Origin: a bacterium
Lineage (GTDB): Bacteria; DUMJ01
Assembly: GCA_049970495.1 (NCBI GenBank)
Contig: JBMFMV010000057.1
Coordinates: 1-12,027, forward strand
Direction of reading: 5' to 3'
Length of the DNA stretch: 12,027 nucleotides
Part shown: piece by piece, positions 1 through 9,229 of the stretch
Position numbering within the stretch: position 1 is the stretch's first letter
How the letters are laid out: every line of letters starts with the position of its first letter
Translations under genes and position numbers: made by a program
Notes under the pieces: model-generated
What the model was told of the DNA's origin: nothing
The model's input: the letters and a program-made list of their open reading frames with translations, nothing else
The model's database searches: none

Positions 1-15
1 AGCTATTCTTGCCAT
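1..15 (-). CDS. rpsM: 30S ribosomal protein S13, N-terminal fragment (runs off the window)
   Basis: Hand translation ATG GCA AGA ATA GCT = MARIA, the canonical S13 start. It lies 4 nt after the rpmJ stop, the expected position. Confidence 0.9.
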
Positions 16-19
16 AATA

Positions 20-133
20 CTATCCCTGCCTCTGCTTATGTTTTGGATTTGAACAAATTACCATTACTTTTCCATTTCTCCTTATAACCATACATTTATT
101 ACATATCCTCTTAACTGAAGCACGTACCTTCAT
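20..133 (-). CDS. rpmJ: 50S ribosomal protein L36 (zinc-binding C+ type), 37 aa
   Basis: Not in the ORF track. Hand translation [40 protein letters not shown] with CxxC...C-x4-H zinc ligands, between infA and rpsM. Confidence 0.98.
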   Translation of the reverse strand: MKVRASVKRICNKCMVIRRNGKVMVICSNPKHKQRQG

Positions 134-138
134 CCTTT

Positions 139-357
139 TTATAACCTCCTTACAATACGTCCACGAGTAAGATCATAAGGGGAAAGCTCTAACTTTACCC
201 TATCTCCAGGTAAGATACGAATAAAATTCAATCTTATCTTACCTGATATATGGGCCAAAACCTTATGGCCATTATCTAGCTCTACCCTAAACATTGCGTT
301 GGGTAAAGCCTCTACAACTGTCCCTTCTACTTCAATAACGTCTTTCTTATCTGGCAA
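139..357 (-). CDS. infA: Translation initiation factor IF-1
   Basis: [23 protein letters not shown]...HISGKIR...[24 protein letters not shown] start with GGTGGTGA RBS; an in-frame TGA two codons upstream rules out an earlier start. Confidence 0.98.
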   Translation of the reverse strand: MPDKKDVIEVEGTVVEALPNAMFRVELDNGHKVLAHISGKIRLNFIRILPGDRVKLELSPYDLTRGRIVRRL

Positions 358-378
358 CTTTCACCACCCAATTATTAG

Positions 379-407
379 AGTATACCAAATTCTAATCTTT
401 TAGTCTA
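379..407 (-). promoter_or_regulatory. Putative sigma-70/sigma-A promoter for infA-rpmJ-rpsM
   Basis: Minus strand TAGACT (407-402), 17-nt spacer ending in TGG, then TATACT (384-379): -35 matches 4/6, -10 matches 5/6 with extended TGn. The -10 lies in the longest intergenic gap (358-391). Confidence 0.6.
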
Positions 408-1147
408 GTAGTGATTAGCGGTTCTCCGTCCTGAACAATAATAGTATGCTCAAAATGACAAGACGGTTTTCTATCCTTTGTTATTACTGTCCAGCCGTCT
501 TCTAGGATTATAACATCTTCTGTACCTAGATTTACCATCGGTTCTATAGCCAATGCAAAACCAACCTCAAGGATAGGACCTTGTCCGGGAGGTCCAAAGT
601 TTGGAATCTGAGGTTCTTCGTGAAGTTTTCTCCCTATACCATGACCAACAAAACTCTTTACTACACTCATATTGTTTGCCAATACGTAAGACTCTATGGC
701 ATGAGAGATATCAGAGAGGTGGTTTCCTGGTTTTGCATAGGAGATGCCTATTTCAAGTGCCTTCTTACCTACCTCTAGTAGCCTTTTAATCTCAGGTGAT
801 ATTTCACCTACTGCAACTGTAACAGCAGAGTCTGCATAGTAACCATTGTACTCTACTCCAACATCTATACTTACTATATCCCCTTCTCCAATCTTAACAG
901 ACCTCCTAGGTATACCATGGATAACTTCTTCATTTATCGAGACACATATACTTTTAGGGAACCCATTATAACCTTTAAAGGCTGGTCTCCCCCCAAGCTT
1001 AAGAATAAGAGCTTCTGCTTCTTGGTCTAAGTCTAACGTAGAGATACCAGGTGTAATTATATCTTGTAAATGTTTTAATACCTTAGCCACTATCTGTCCA
1101 GCCTGAAATATAATCTCTATCTCTCTTTGAGTCTTACGCTTTATCAA
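392..1147 (-). CDS. map: Methionine aminopeptidase, type I
   Basis: Metal-ligand motifs SIDVG, YADSA, GHGIG, LHEEP, AIEPM, HFEHT; adk-map-infA synteny; TTG start overlapping the adk end. Confidence 0.97.
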   Translation of the reverse strand: MIKRKTQREIEIIFQAGQIVAKVLKHLQDIITPGISTLDLDQEAEALILKLGGRPAFKGYNGFPKSICVSINEEVIHGIPRRSVKIGEGDIVSIDVGVEYNGYYADSAVTVAVGEISPEIKRLLEVGKKALEIGISYAKPGNHLSDISHAIESYVLANNMSVVKSFVGHGIGRKLHEEPQIPNFGPPGQGPILEVGFALAIEPMVNLGTEDVIILEDGWTVITKDRKPSCHFEHTIIVQDGEPLITTRLKD

Positions 1148-1802
1148 TTATTCCTTTCCTCTCCAAAACCTTAAGAACCAGGTTATGAACCTCTTCTATA
1201 GAGCCAGAACCGTCAACTATTTCCAAAAGGCCCTTTTCTTTATAATAATCTATAAGTGGCGCAGTCCTATCTCTGTAGATTCTAAGTCTCTCTCTTATAG
1301 TCTCAGGTCTATCATCATCCCTTTGGACTAATTTCGTTCCATCATTATCACATACCTCATCTTTTTTAGGTGGATCATATATAATATGATATCCTCTACC
1401 ACAAGTGGGGCAGTATCTTCTTCCTGCTAATCTTCTTATAATCTCCTCATCAGCTACATCTATAGCTAAAACTAGATTCAGGGTCTTTCCATACTTAGGC
1501 AGGAAATTATCCAAAAATGTTGCCTGCCCTATAGTCCTAGGATATCCATCGAGGAGAAATCCATCAGTAAGGTTTTTTATATAATCCTCCATCAATGCAT
1601 TTATGATATCATCTGAGACCAACTTACCACTTTTCATTATCTCCTCTACCTGTAATCCTAGGGGAGTCTTTTTATTTACTGCATCTCTAAGTATATCACC
1701 TGTAGAAATATGAGTAAGGTTAAATCTCTCTGCTAATAGCTTAGCCTGAGTTCCTTTCCCTACTCCAGGGGGACCTAAGAGTACACCATAGATAGCAGCC
1801 AT
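1134..1802 (-). CDS. adk: Adenylate kinase with zinc-binding LID
   Basis: P-loop GPPGVGKGT, HISTGDILR, LLDGYPRT, LID C-x2-C-x16-C-x2-D, QRDDD. RBS GAGGTGATC. Confidence 0.98.
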   Translation of the reverse strand: MAAIYGVLLGPPGVGKGTQAKLLAERFNLTHISTGDILRDAVNKKTPLGLQVEEIMKSGKLVSDDIINALMEDYIKNLTDGFLLDGYPRTIGQATFLDNFLPKYGKTLNLVLAIDVADEEIIRRLAGRRYCPTCGRGYHIIYDPPKKDEVCDNDGTKLVQRDDDRPETIRERLRIYRDRTAPLIDYYKEKGLLEIVDGSGSIEEVHNLVLKVLERKGIIDKA

Positions 1803-1812
1803 AAGATCACCT

Positions 1813-3087
1813 CTATTTCAAGAATCCTTCATAGTGTCTCATAATAAGCTGTGCTTCAAGTTGTCTTACTGTTTCAACAGCTACCCCCACTACAATCAGT
1901 ACCCCAGTACCAAAGAATACAGATGTAAAGGCACTAATCTGGGAAGAACGCAAAAATGACGGAGCTACTGCCAAGACTGCAAGAAATATAGCTCCAATAA
2001 AGTTTATTCTTGTATTTATCTCATTTATATATTCCGAAGTATACCTTCCAGGTCTTATCCCCGGGATAAATCCTCCATACTTCTTGATATTTTCAGAGAT
2101 TTCATCAGGGTTAAAGACTATAGAACTATAGAAGTAAGTGAAGAAGATGATTAATAGCGCATACAGAGAGATATAAAGTAAGGACCCAGGAGAAAGTATA
2201 TCGGCAAACCTCTTCATAGTTGGCAGGAATTGTGAAAGGGTTGACGGAAATAAAAGAACAGAACTTGCAAAAATTATTGGCAATACGCCACCCTGATTTA
2301 CCCTAAGTGGGAGGAATGAACTCTGTCCACCATATACCCTTCTTCCAACTACTCTTCGGGCATACTGTATAGGTATCTTTCTCTGAGCCTCTTGCATATA
2401 TATTACCGCTACAAAAACGCCTATTCCGATTATTAAGAAGAAGATGAAGAAGAATGGATTCATCTGCCCTACACTTATAAGTCTACCACTTTGAAATAAA
2501 GCACTTGGAATCCTAGCTATTATACCAGAGAAGATAATGAGGGATACTCCATTACCTGCTCCATACTCTGTAATAATTTCTCCTATCCACATAAGGAATA
2601 GAGAACCAGCAGTGAGCGTAATAGAAACATTTAGAAGATAGAATGTACCAATCCCCTTTAAGACTCCAAGATTCCTAAGCCAAGTACTCATTCCAAATGC
2701 TTCTACAAAAGCCAAAACTAAAGTAAGATATCTAGTATACTGTGTAAGTTTACGCCTACCAGATTCTCCTTCTTCCTTAGCAAGTTTCTCTAAGGCAGGA
2801 ATAACAACAGTCAAAAGTTGTATGATTATAGAAGCGTTTATATATGGGATAACCCCCATTGCGAATATAGAAAAGCTTCTAAGACCACCCCCTGCAAATA
2901 GGTCAAACATATTTAATAGAGTACCCTGCCCCATAAGAGCTTCCAAACTCTTCATATTTACTCCAGGGACAGGAATAAAAATCCCTATTCTATATATAGC
3001 TATCATAAGAAGTGTAAATAAAATCTTATTCCTCAGTTCAGGTATTCTAAATATGTTAAAAAATCTAGTCGTAGGAGACTCTACCAT
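1813..3087 (-). CDS. secY: Preprotein translocase subunit SecY
   Basis: Multiple hydrophobic segments; motifs SIFAMGVIPYINASII, GNGVSLIIF, PIIFASS, FIPGIRPG, RHYEGF. TGATG overlap with rplO. Confidence 0.98.
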   Translation of the reverse strand: MVESPTTRFFNIFRIPELRNKILFTLLMIAIYRIGIFIPVPGVNMKSLEALMGQGTLLNMFDLFAGGGLRSFSIFAMGVIPYINASIIIQLLTVVIPALEKLAKEEGESGRRKLTQYTRYLTLVLAFVEAFGMSTWLRNLGVLKGIGTFYLLNVSITLTAGSLFLMWIGEIITEYGAGNGVSLIIFSGIIARIPSALFQSGRLISVGQMNPFFFIFFLIIGIGVFVAVIYMQEAQRKIPIQYARRVVGRRVYGGQSSFLPLRVNQGGVLPIIFASSVLLFPSTLSQFLPTMKRFADILSPGSLLYISLYALLIIFFTYFYSSIVFNPDEISENIKKYGGFIPGIRPGRYTSEYINEINTRINFIGAIFLAVLAVAPSFLRSSQISAFTSVFFGTGVLIVVGVAVETVRQLEAQLIMRHYEGFLK

Positions 3088-3536
3088 CAGGAAATTACCT
3101 CCACACTTCCACCAGCAGCAGTTATCTTTTCTTTAGCCTGCTCAGAAAACTTGTGGGCTTTGACGGTTAAAGCCTTCTCTAAAGTTCCATTCCCTAAGAC
3201 CTTAAGTCCATCGTGGAGTTCCTTTATAATACCTTTTTCTAAGAGGAGTTCAGGTGTTACTTCAGTCCCATCCTCAAAGACATTTAAAGTCCCAACATTT
3301 ACTATAGCATATATCTTTTTAAATCGATTCTTAAATCCTGGCAATCGAGGAAGTCTCCTCTGTAGTGGGGTCTGTCCGCCCTCAAAACCTGGCATTACAC
3401 CATCTCCAGAACGAGACCCTTGTCCTTTTACACCCCTACCAGAAGTCTTTCCCTTGCCAGAACTATGTCCTCTTCCTACTCTTACCCTTTCCTTTACTGC
3501 GCCTTTAGGAGGGGACAGCTCAAAAAGCTTCATCAT
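3087..3536 (-). CDS. rplO: 50S ribosomal protein L15
   Basis: [32 protein letters not shown] motifs. ATG 3536 chosen (6 nt after GGAGG); GTG 3539 and ATG 3533 are alternatives. Confidence 0.96.
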   Translation of the reverse strand: MMKLFELSPPKGAVKERVRVGRGHSSGKGKTSGRGVKGQGSRSGDGVMPGFEGGQTPLQRRLPRLPGFKNRFKKIYAIVNVGTLNVFEDGTEVTPELLLEKGIIKELHDGLKVLGNGTLEKALTVKAHKFSEQAKEKITAAGGSVEVIS

Positions 3537-3714
3537 CACAAACCTCCTTGATCTCTAACAGATGTTTTACCTTGTTCAGCATACCTATGATACTCGGTGT
3601 TACCTCAAACTCCCTCGTCTTATTCAATTTGTTTAACTTTAAAACTCTTAGAGTAGCCTTTTGGTCTTCTGGATAACCTATTGGACTCTTCTTCAGGGTG
3701 ACTCTTAGTCTCAT
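3520..3714 (-). CDS. rpmD: 50S ribosomal protein L30
   Basis: [11 protein letters not shown]...QKATL..L.L.K...[10 protein letters not shown]; between rpsE and rplO. Confidence 0.95.
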   Translation of the reverse strand: MRLRVTLKKSPIGYPEDQKATLRVLKLNKLNKTREFEVTPSIIGMLNKVKHLLEIKEVCDDEAF

Positions 3715-3718
3715 ACTA

Positions 3719-4228
3719 TCACCTCAATATATCTTTTACTTCTTTTCCCCTTATTTTAGCCACATCTGCAGGAGTTCTTAGCATGGAAAGAGCTTTTATA
3801 GTAGCTCTAGCTAGGTTTATCGGATTAGTAGAACCAAGAGCCTTAGTAAGTATATTCTTTATACCTGCTAGCTCCAATATAGCTCTTACTGTTCCTCCAG
3901 CTATAACCCCTGTTCCTTCAGATGCAGGACGCAAAACTAATTTGGAAGCTCCGAAATCTGCTACTATCTCATGAGGTATAGTGGTTCCTCTCATAGGAAC
4001 AGTGATCATATTCTTTTTAGCTTTAGTTATAGCCTTTCTTATTGCATCTGGAGCCTCTGGAGCTTTACCTATAGCAATACCAACATGTCCCTGCATATCC
4101 CCAACTGCAACAAGAGCACTAAAACTAAATCTCTTACCTCCTGCAACTACCTTAGCTACCCTCCTTACTGAGATTACTCTTTCAGTAAATTCTAAATTTT
4201 CTGGTACTTCTATAATGTTTTCTTCCAT
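3719..4228 (-). CDS. rpsE: 30S ribosomal protein S5
   Basis: [43 protein letters not shown]. Confidence 0.98.
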   Translation of the reverse strand: MEENIIEVPENLEFTERVISVRRVAKVVAGGKRFSFSALVAVGDMQGHVGIAIGKAPEAPDAIRKAITKAKKNMITVPMRGTTIPHEIVADFGASKLVLRPASEGTGVIAGGTVRAILELAGIKNILTKALGSTNPINLARATIKALSMLRTPADVAKIRGKEVKDILR

Positions 4229-4229
4229 T

Positions 4230-4589
4230 TTAGAACTGTAACCCTCCCTCTCTAGCTCCTTCTGCTAGTGCTTTTACTCTACCATGATACTTGTATCCGC
4301 CTCTATCAAAGACCACCTTTGTTATACCTTTGGCAACAGCCCTCTCAGCAAGAATCTTACCAATAACTTTAGCCTTTTCAGTCTTACTTAACCCTTTGAT
4401 CTGTTCACGAATACTTGGATCTAATGTAGAAGCTGAAACTAAAGTATGTCCTTTGGTGTCATCTATAATCTGAGCATATATATGTTTTAGACTTTTATAG
4501 ACGTTCAGTCTTAACCTCTCTGGAGTTCCAAAGATTTTCTTCCTTATGCGTTTATGTCTTATCTTCCTACGAAGACTTCTATTGATCAT
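4230..4589 (-). CDS. rplR: 50S ribosomal protein L18
   Basis: [40 protein letters not shown]. Confidence 0.98.
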   Translation of the reverse strand: MINRSLRRKIRHKRIRKKIFGTPERLRLNVYKSLKHIYAQIIDDTKGHTLVSASTLDPSIREQIKGLSKTEKAKVIGKILAERAVAKGITKVVFDRGGYKYHGRVKALAEGAREGGLQF

Positions 4590-4603
4590 CCTTTTCCTCC
4601 TTA

Positions 4604-5149
4604 CTACTTACCACCAACTTTTCCAGCCTTACCTAGTTTTCTCCTTACTATTTCATCTACATATTTAATACCTTTGCCACTGTATGGATTAACTGGTCTA
4701 CAAGCTCTTATCGCTGCAGCCATAGCACCAACTCTTTCTTTATCTATCCCCTTTACTGTAACATGAGTTGGATCTGGCACTTCAAAGGTCACCCCATTTG
4801 GTTCGAAGACAACTGGATTACTGTAACCTATATTTAAGACTAGCTTGTCTCCCTGCTTCTGTGCCCTATATCCAGTGCCTATAATCTCCAAAGTCTTACT
4901 AAATCCTTTAGTAACACCCTCTATCATATTAGCTACTACTGTCCTTATAGTTCCATGTAAAGACTTATATAACTTTTCCTCACTCTGCCTCTCTACTATA
5001 AGGGTATTATCACTCCTTCTAACAGTAATACCTGATGGAATAGCCCTTTCTAGTGTCCCTAATGGACCTTTTACAACTACGTTATTTCCTTTTATATCTA
5101 CATCTACCCCAGAAGGGATAGGAATAGGTCTTCTACCAATCCTCGACAT
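4604..5149 (-). CDS. rplF: 50S ribosomal protein L6
   Basis: [32 protein letters not shown]. Confidence 0.98.
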   Translation of the reverse strand: MSRIGRRPIPIPSGVDVDIKGNNVVVKGPLGTLERAIPSGITVRRSDNTLIVERQSEEKLYKSLHGTIRTVVANMIEGVTKGFSKTLEIIGTGYRAQKQGDKLVLNIGYSNPVVFEPNGVTFEVPDPTHVTVKGIDKERVGAMAAAIRACRPVNPYSGKGIKYVDEIVRRKLGKAGKVGGK

Positions 5150-5162
5150 ATATTATCTCCTC

Positions 5163-5561
5163 CTACCAGACAAAGCAGAGAATTTCTCCACCTAGACCTT
5201 CCCTGCGAGCCTTTTTATCAGTCATAATCCCACTAGAGGTAGAAACTATAGCTATACCTAGTCCACCTAAAACTCTAGGTAGTTCGTTTCTCTTAGCATA
5301 TATCCTTAGTCCAGGTTTGCTGACTCTTCTTATACCCATAATAGCAGGTGTCTTCTTATCTACATATTTGAGATAGACCCTAATGTATGGAAACTTCTCT
5401 GTCTCTATCTCTTTATAGTCTAAGATATAACCTTCCTCTTTTAAAATTCTCAATATCTCTAGCTTCAACTTGGACACAGGAGATATATCCACAGTCTCTA
5501 GACGAGCTCTACTAGCATTTCTTATTTTAGTTAACATATCAGCAATAGGATCAGTAGCCAT
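5163..5561 (-). CDS. rpsH: 30S ribosomal protein S8
   Basis: [46 protein letters not shown]. Confidence 0.98.
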   Translation of the reverse strand: MATDPIADMLTKIRNASRARLETVDISPVSKLKLEILRILKEEGYILDYKEIETEKFPYIRVYLKYVDKKTPAIMGIRRVSKPGLRIYAKRNELPRVLGGLGIAIVSTSSGIMTDKKARREGLGGEILCFVW

Positions 5562-5574
5562 ATCTATTAACCTC

Positions 5575-5760
5575 CTACCAACTAGCCTTAATAATGCCAG
5601 GGATAAGGCCTTTATGAGCTAATTCTCTAAAACATATTCTACAGAGGCCAAAATCTCTGATGTATCCTCTTGGTCTACCGCATCTACTGCATCTATTCCT
5701 TGCTCTTACCTTATATTTTGGTGGTAATTTACTCCTCTCGATTTTTGCCTTACGCGCCAT
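5575..5760 (-). CDS. rpsN: 30S ribosomal protein S14, short zinc-binding type Z
   Basis: 61 aa, [10 protein letters not shown]...[10 protein letters not shown]...KASW. Confidence 0.98.
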   Translation of the reverse strand: MARKAKIERSKLPPKYKVRARNRCSRCGRPRGYIRDFGLCRICFRELAHKGLIPGIIKASW

Positions 5761-5775
5761 ACTATTTCCTCCTAA

Positions 5776-6315
5776 TTAACTTCTAAAAGGCATCCCTAAA
5801 GCCTTTAGAAGTTCATAAGCTTCTTCATCAGTCTTAGCAGTAGTAACAATAGTTATATCCATACCTCTTACTTTAACTACCTTATCATACTCTATCTCAG
5901 GAAATATAAGTTGTTCTTTTATTCCTAGGGTGTAATTTCCTCTCCCATCAAAAGACTTAGGATTTACGCCTCTAAAATCCCTAATTCTAAACAGAGCTAC
6001 ATTTAGTAATTTATCTAGGAATTCATACATTCTATCTCCTCTAAGGGTAACCATGCATCCTATACTCATTCCCTTACGTAGTTTAAAGTTTGAAATAGAC
6101 TTCTTGGCTTTTGTAATGACTGGCTTTTGCCCTGAAATAATCATTAAGTCGTTAACTGCTGCTTTTAGTAAGTCTGGATTTTGTATAGCATCTCCTACCC
6201 CCATATTTATAGTAACCTTCTCTATCTTTGGTACAGCCATAATATTTTTATAGTTAAATCTTTTCATAAGATATGGTACAACTGTTTCTCTATAATAGTC
6301 CTTTAATCTAGGCAT
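5776..6315 (-). CDS. rplE: 50S ribosomal protein L5
   Basis: [41 protein letters not shown]. Start moved to ATG 6315 because the track's GTG (6324) lies inside the GAGGTGG RBS. Confidence 0.97.
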   Translation of the reverse strand: MPRLKDYYRETVVPYLMKRFNYKNIMAVPKIEKVTINMGVGDAIQNPDLLKAAVNDLMIISGQKPVITKAKKSISNFKLRKGMSIGCMVTLRGDRMYEFLDKLLNVALFRIRDFRGVNPKSFDGRGNYTLGIKEQLIFPEIEYDKVVKVRGMDITIVTTAKTDEEAYELLKALGMPFRS

Positions 6316-6329
6316 ATATTCCACCTCTA

Positions 6330-6653
6330 CTAAGTTTCATCTATTATCTCGCTACACTTCTTACAAAATCTAACTTTTCCTTCGGAAAGAACTCTAGTTC
6401 CTATCCTAGTAGGTTTATTGCAGTGAGGACAGACCAACATGACCTTACTCCAGTGTAATGGAGCTTCTCTAACTACTATTCCTCCTGTAGGAAACTGTGG
6501 GTTGGGTTTCATATGTTTTTTTACTCTATTTATACCTTCAACTATGACTAATTGTTCTTTCGACTTAACCTCTAAAACTTTACCCCTTTTGAATTTATCT
6601 TTACCAGCTATAACTTCTACAGTATCTCCTTTCTTAAAATGGCTGAGCGTCAT
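6330..6653 (-). CDS. rplX: 50S ribosomal protein L24 (Cys-ribbon type)
   Basis: KOW motif [32 protein letters not shown]...CKKC. Confidence 0.97.
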   Translation of the reverse strand: MTLSHFKKGDTVEVIAGKDKFKRGKVLEVKSKEQLVIVEGINRVKKHMKPNPQFPTGGIVVREAPLHWSKVMLVCPHCNKPTRIGTRVLSEGKVRFCKKCSEIIDET

Positions 6654-6654
6654 C

Positions 6655-7023
6655 TTATACCACCTCTGGAGCTAGGGATATTATTCTCATAAAATCCTTA
6701 TCTCTTAGTTCTTTAGCAACAGGACCAAAAATTCTCGTTCCCCTAGGATTCTTCTGATCATCTATAATTACCGCAGCGTTCTCGTCGAATCTGACTACAG
6801 TACCATCTGGCCTCCTTATAGCATTCTTAGTACGAACTATAACTGCCTTTACTATATCGCTCTTTTTTATATTAGAGTTAGGGGTAGCTTCTTTCACTGT
6901 AGCCACAATAACATCTCCAATATGTCCATATTTCTGATTTCCAGTGCCTAGTACACGTATACAAAGTATTTCTTTAGCACCTGTATTATCAGCTACCCTG
7001 AGTCGAGACATCGGTCGTATCAT
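6655..7023 (-). CDS. rplN: 50S ribosomal protein L14
   Basis: [39 protein letters not shown] 7023 gives the canonical 122 aa. Confidence 0.98.
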   Translation of the reverse strand: MIRPMSRLRVADNTGAKEILCIRVLGTGNQKYGHIGDVIVATVKEATPNSNIKKSDIVKAVIVRTKNAIRRPDGTVVRFDENAAVIIDDQKNPRGTRIFGPVAKELRDKDFMRIISLAPEVV

Positions 7024-7276
7024 ACTCTTCCCCTTCCTTCCTTCCAATAATTCTTACTACTCTCCATCTTTTTTCCTTACTAAGAGGACGAGTTTCTCTA
7101 ATGAGAACAATATCTCCTATCTGGCACTTATTCTCTTCATCATGTGCCTTATACTTCTTTACCTTCTTAATTGCCTTTTTATATAGAGGGTGATGGAATC
7201 TCCTCTCTACAGCTACCACCACTGTCTTATCCATCTTATTACTTACAACCACACCTAAAAGCTCATTCCTAGCCAT
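6989..7276 (-). CDS. rpsQ: 30S ribosomal protein S17
   Basis: [42 protein letters not shown]. Confidence 0.98.
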   Translation of the reverse strand: MARNELLGVVVSNKMDKTVVVAVERRFHHPLYKKAIKKVKKYKAHDEENKCQIGDIVLIRETRPLSKEKRWRVVRIIGRKEGEEYDTTDVSTQGS

Positions 7277-7285
7277 AGTTCCTCC

Positions 7286-7483
7286 TTATCTGTTCCCCAA
7301 ACGCCTTAGATGCATAATAGTAAGGATTCTAGCGATATCTTTTTTTACCTCTTTAATCCTAGCAGTATTCTTAAGCTGTCCTGTAGTTTTCTGAAATCTA
7401 AGATTAAATAACTCCTCTTTAAGCTCTCTTAGTCTATTTTCTAGCTCTATATCAGTCATATCTCTTATAACAGAAGGCTTCAT
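7286..7483 (-). CDS. rpmC: 50S ribosomal protein L29
   Basis: [31 protein letters not shown] overlap with rplP. Confidence 0.98.
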   Translation of the reverse strand: MKPSVIRDMTDIELENRLRELKEELFNLRFQKTTGQLKNTARIKEVKKDIARILTIMHLRRLGNR

Positions 7484-7914
7484 AGCTTCTCACCACCTAA
7501 AAGACGATTTCTAGATATCATCTGTGTTTTGATGGGTAGCTTAGAGCTAGCCAATTTAAATACCTCTAATACAACATCTTTAGGAAGTCCAGCTATTTCA
7601 AATAGAACCTTCCCAGGCTTAACTACAGCTACCCAGTGCTCTGGAGCACCCTTACCGCCACCCATTCTAGTCTCCGCTGGTTTTGCAGTAACTGGCTTAT
7701 CCGCAACAACCCTTACCCACATCTTACCGCCTCTTCTTAGAGCTCTATTAAGTACAACTCTAGCTGCCTCTAGCTGTTCACTAGTTATCCATGCTGGTTC
7801 TAAAGCCTGAAGCCCATATTCTCCAAATGCAACATAATTTCCATCTGTAGCAATACCCTTCATCCTACCCCTCTGTTGTTTTCTATACTTTACTCTAGTA
7901 GGTATCAGTGCCAT
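7480..7914 (-). CDS. rplP: 50S ribosomal protein L16
   Basis: [39 protein letters not shown]. Start taken at ATG 7914 (MALIP), matching the family N-terminus. Confidence 0.97.
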   Translation of the reverse strand: MALIPTRVKYRKQQRGRMKGIATDGNYVAFGEYGLQALEPAWITSEQLEAARVVLNRALRRGGKMWVRVVADKPVTAKPAETRMGGGKGAPEHWVAVVKPGKVLFEIAGLPKDVVLEVFKLASSKLPIKTQMISRNRLLGGEKL

Positions 7915-8593
7915 CTGCAGTAACACCTTCCTCCTCTGGTAATGGTTCCTCTTCAACAGCTTTCCTTTCTAGTATTACATCTCCTCGATATATCCACACC
8001 TTTATCCCAATCTTACCATAAGTAGTCATAGCTTCAGCAAAACCGTAATCTATATCTGCTCTAAGTCTCTGAAGAGGAACACTTCCTTCCCTATACCATT
8101 CGCTCCTTGCTATCTCTGCTCCAGCTAATCTACCACTACAGGCTACCTTGACCCCTTTTGCGCCTGCTCTTAGTGCCCTAGCAACCACATGCTTCATAGC
8201 CCTTCTATAAGCGACCCTCTTTTCTATCTGGAAAGCAACATTTTCAGCCAAAAGTTGTGCCTCCAAATCTGGATTCTTTACTTCTTGAATAGTTATAGCG
8301 ATGGTCTTCCCAGTAAGGTCTGCCAAACTTTTTCTAAGCTCTTCTATACCAGTCCCCCCTCTACCTATTATTATACCGGGTCTAGAAGCATGAACTATTA
8401 CTCTTACCCTACCAGGAAGACGCTCTATCTCTATCTTTGGAATACCTGCATGATAGTATTTCTGTTTTACTGTCTCTCTTATCTTTATATCCTCTAAGAA
8501 GTAGTCCTTATACTCTCTAGTTGCAAACCATTTAGCATCCCAAGTTTTGTTTATCCCTAGTCTTAATCCAATTGGATTTACTTTATGCCCCAT
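7895..8593 (-). CDS. rpsC: 30S ribosomal protein S3
   Basis: [15 protein letters not shown]-domain [38 protein letters not shown]. Confidence 0.98.
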   Translation of the reverse strand: MGHKVNPIGLRLGINKTWDAKWFATREYKDYFLEDIKIRETVKQKYYHAGIPKIEIERLPGRVRVIVHASRPGIIIGRGGTGIEELRKSLADLTGKTIAITIQEVKNPDLEAQLLAENVAFQIEKRVAYRRAMKHVVARALRAGAKGVKVACSGRLAGAEIARSEWYREGSVPLQRLRADIDYGFAEAMTTYGKIGIKVWIYRGDVILERKAVEEEPLPEEEGVTADGTDTY

Positions 8594-8597
8594 CTAT

Positions 8598-8933
8598 TCA
8601 CTCCTTCTCCTGAAGAATAATATATAAATGGCTAGTATATCTCTTTCTTGGATTTACCCTACCCAAGGATCCTACTTTATACCTCTTTAGAATAGGCCCC
8701 TTATCAGCATATGCTTTAGCAACATAGAGGTCATCCTCTACAAGTTCAAAGTTATTTACCGCATTAGCTACTGCTGAGTTCAGGACTTTTTCTACAAGCT
8801 TAGGAGCCCTTCCTGGAGTAAATTTTAGTATAGCTCGAGCTTCTTCTATGCTTTTACCTCTGATAAGAGCCATTACTCTATTAGCCTTTCTAGGAGAGAT
8901 CCTTACATATCTTGCTACTGCCTGTGCTTCCAT
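8598..8933 (-). CDS. rplV: 50S ribosomal protein L22
   Basis: VRISPRKA, KVLNSAVANA, GPILKR...TSH; between rpsS and rpsC. Confidence 0.97.
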   Translation of the reverse strand: MEAQAVARYVRISPRKANRVMALIRGKSIEEARAILKFTPGRAPKLVEKVLNSAVANAVNNFELVEDDLYVAKAYADKGPILKRYKVGSLGRVNPRKRYTSHLYIILQEKE

Positions 8934-8944
8934 AAAAAACCCTC

Positions 8945-9229
8945 CTACTTAAGCTCTCTAGAACGTCTAGTAACTTCTCCATGTCCCCTAAACGTTCTAG
9001 TCGGTACAAATTCACCAAGTCTATAACCAACCATATTTTCTGTTATATATATGGGAACATGTTTTCTCCCATTATAAACTGCTATGGTATGTCCAATCAT
9101 TTCAGGGATAATCATAGAGCTCCTAGACCAAGTTCTTATTACTTTTTTCTCATTGTTTTTATTCATCTCAAGTATCTTCTTTAGAAGTTTCGGATGCACA
9201 TAAGGTCCCTTTTTACTGGAACGACCCAT
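8945..9229 (-). CDS. rpsS: 30S ribosomal protein S19
   Basis: [33 protein letters not shown]. Confidence 0.98.
   Translation of the reverse strand: MGRSSKKGPYVHPKLLKKILEMNKNNEKKVIRTWSRSSMIIPEMIGHTIAVYNGRKHVPIYITENMVGYRLGEFVPTRTFRGHGEVTRRSRELK

Noticed and set aside
358..391. Hidden small gene (e.g. L14e-like KOW protein) between map and infA
   Set aside because: Only 34 nt are available; its absence is normal in many lineages.
6270..6335. Possible S8 autoregulatory hairpin at the rplX-rplE junction
   Set aside because: I could not find a convincing stem resembling the 16S S8 site by eye; the element is known mainly from gammaproteobacteria. A covariance-model search would be needed.
7024..7047. 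N-terminal extension of L14 (MEGRKGKS) in the ORF track
   Set aside because: It is the purine-rich RBS region read from an upstream TTG; ATG 7023 gives the canonical length.
7760..7784. Short tandem repeat ctagctg(cct)ctagctg(ttca)ctag in rplP
   Set aside because: It encodes ordinary L16 residues in frame and reflects the general CTAG codon-pair bias, not a repeat element.
7915..7956. N-terminal extension of L16 ([14 protein letters not shown])
   Set aside because: Artefact of longest-ORF calling inside rpsC; the family N-terminus starts at ATG 7914.
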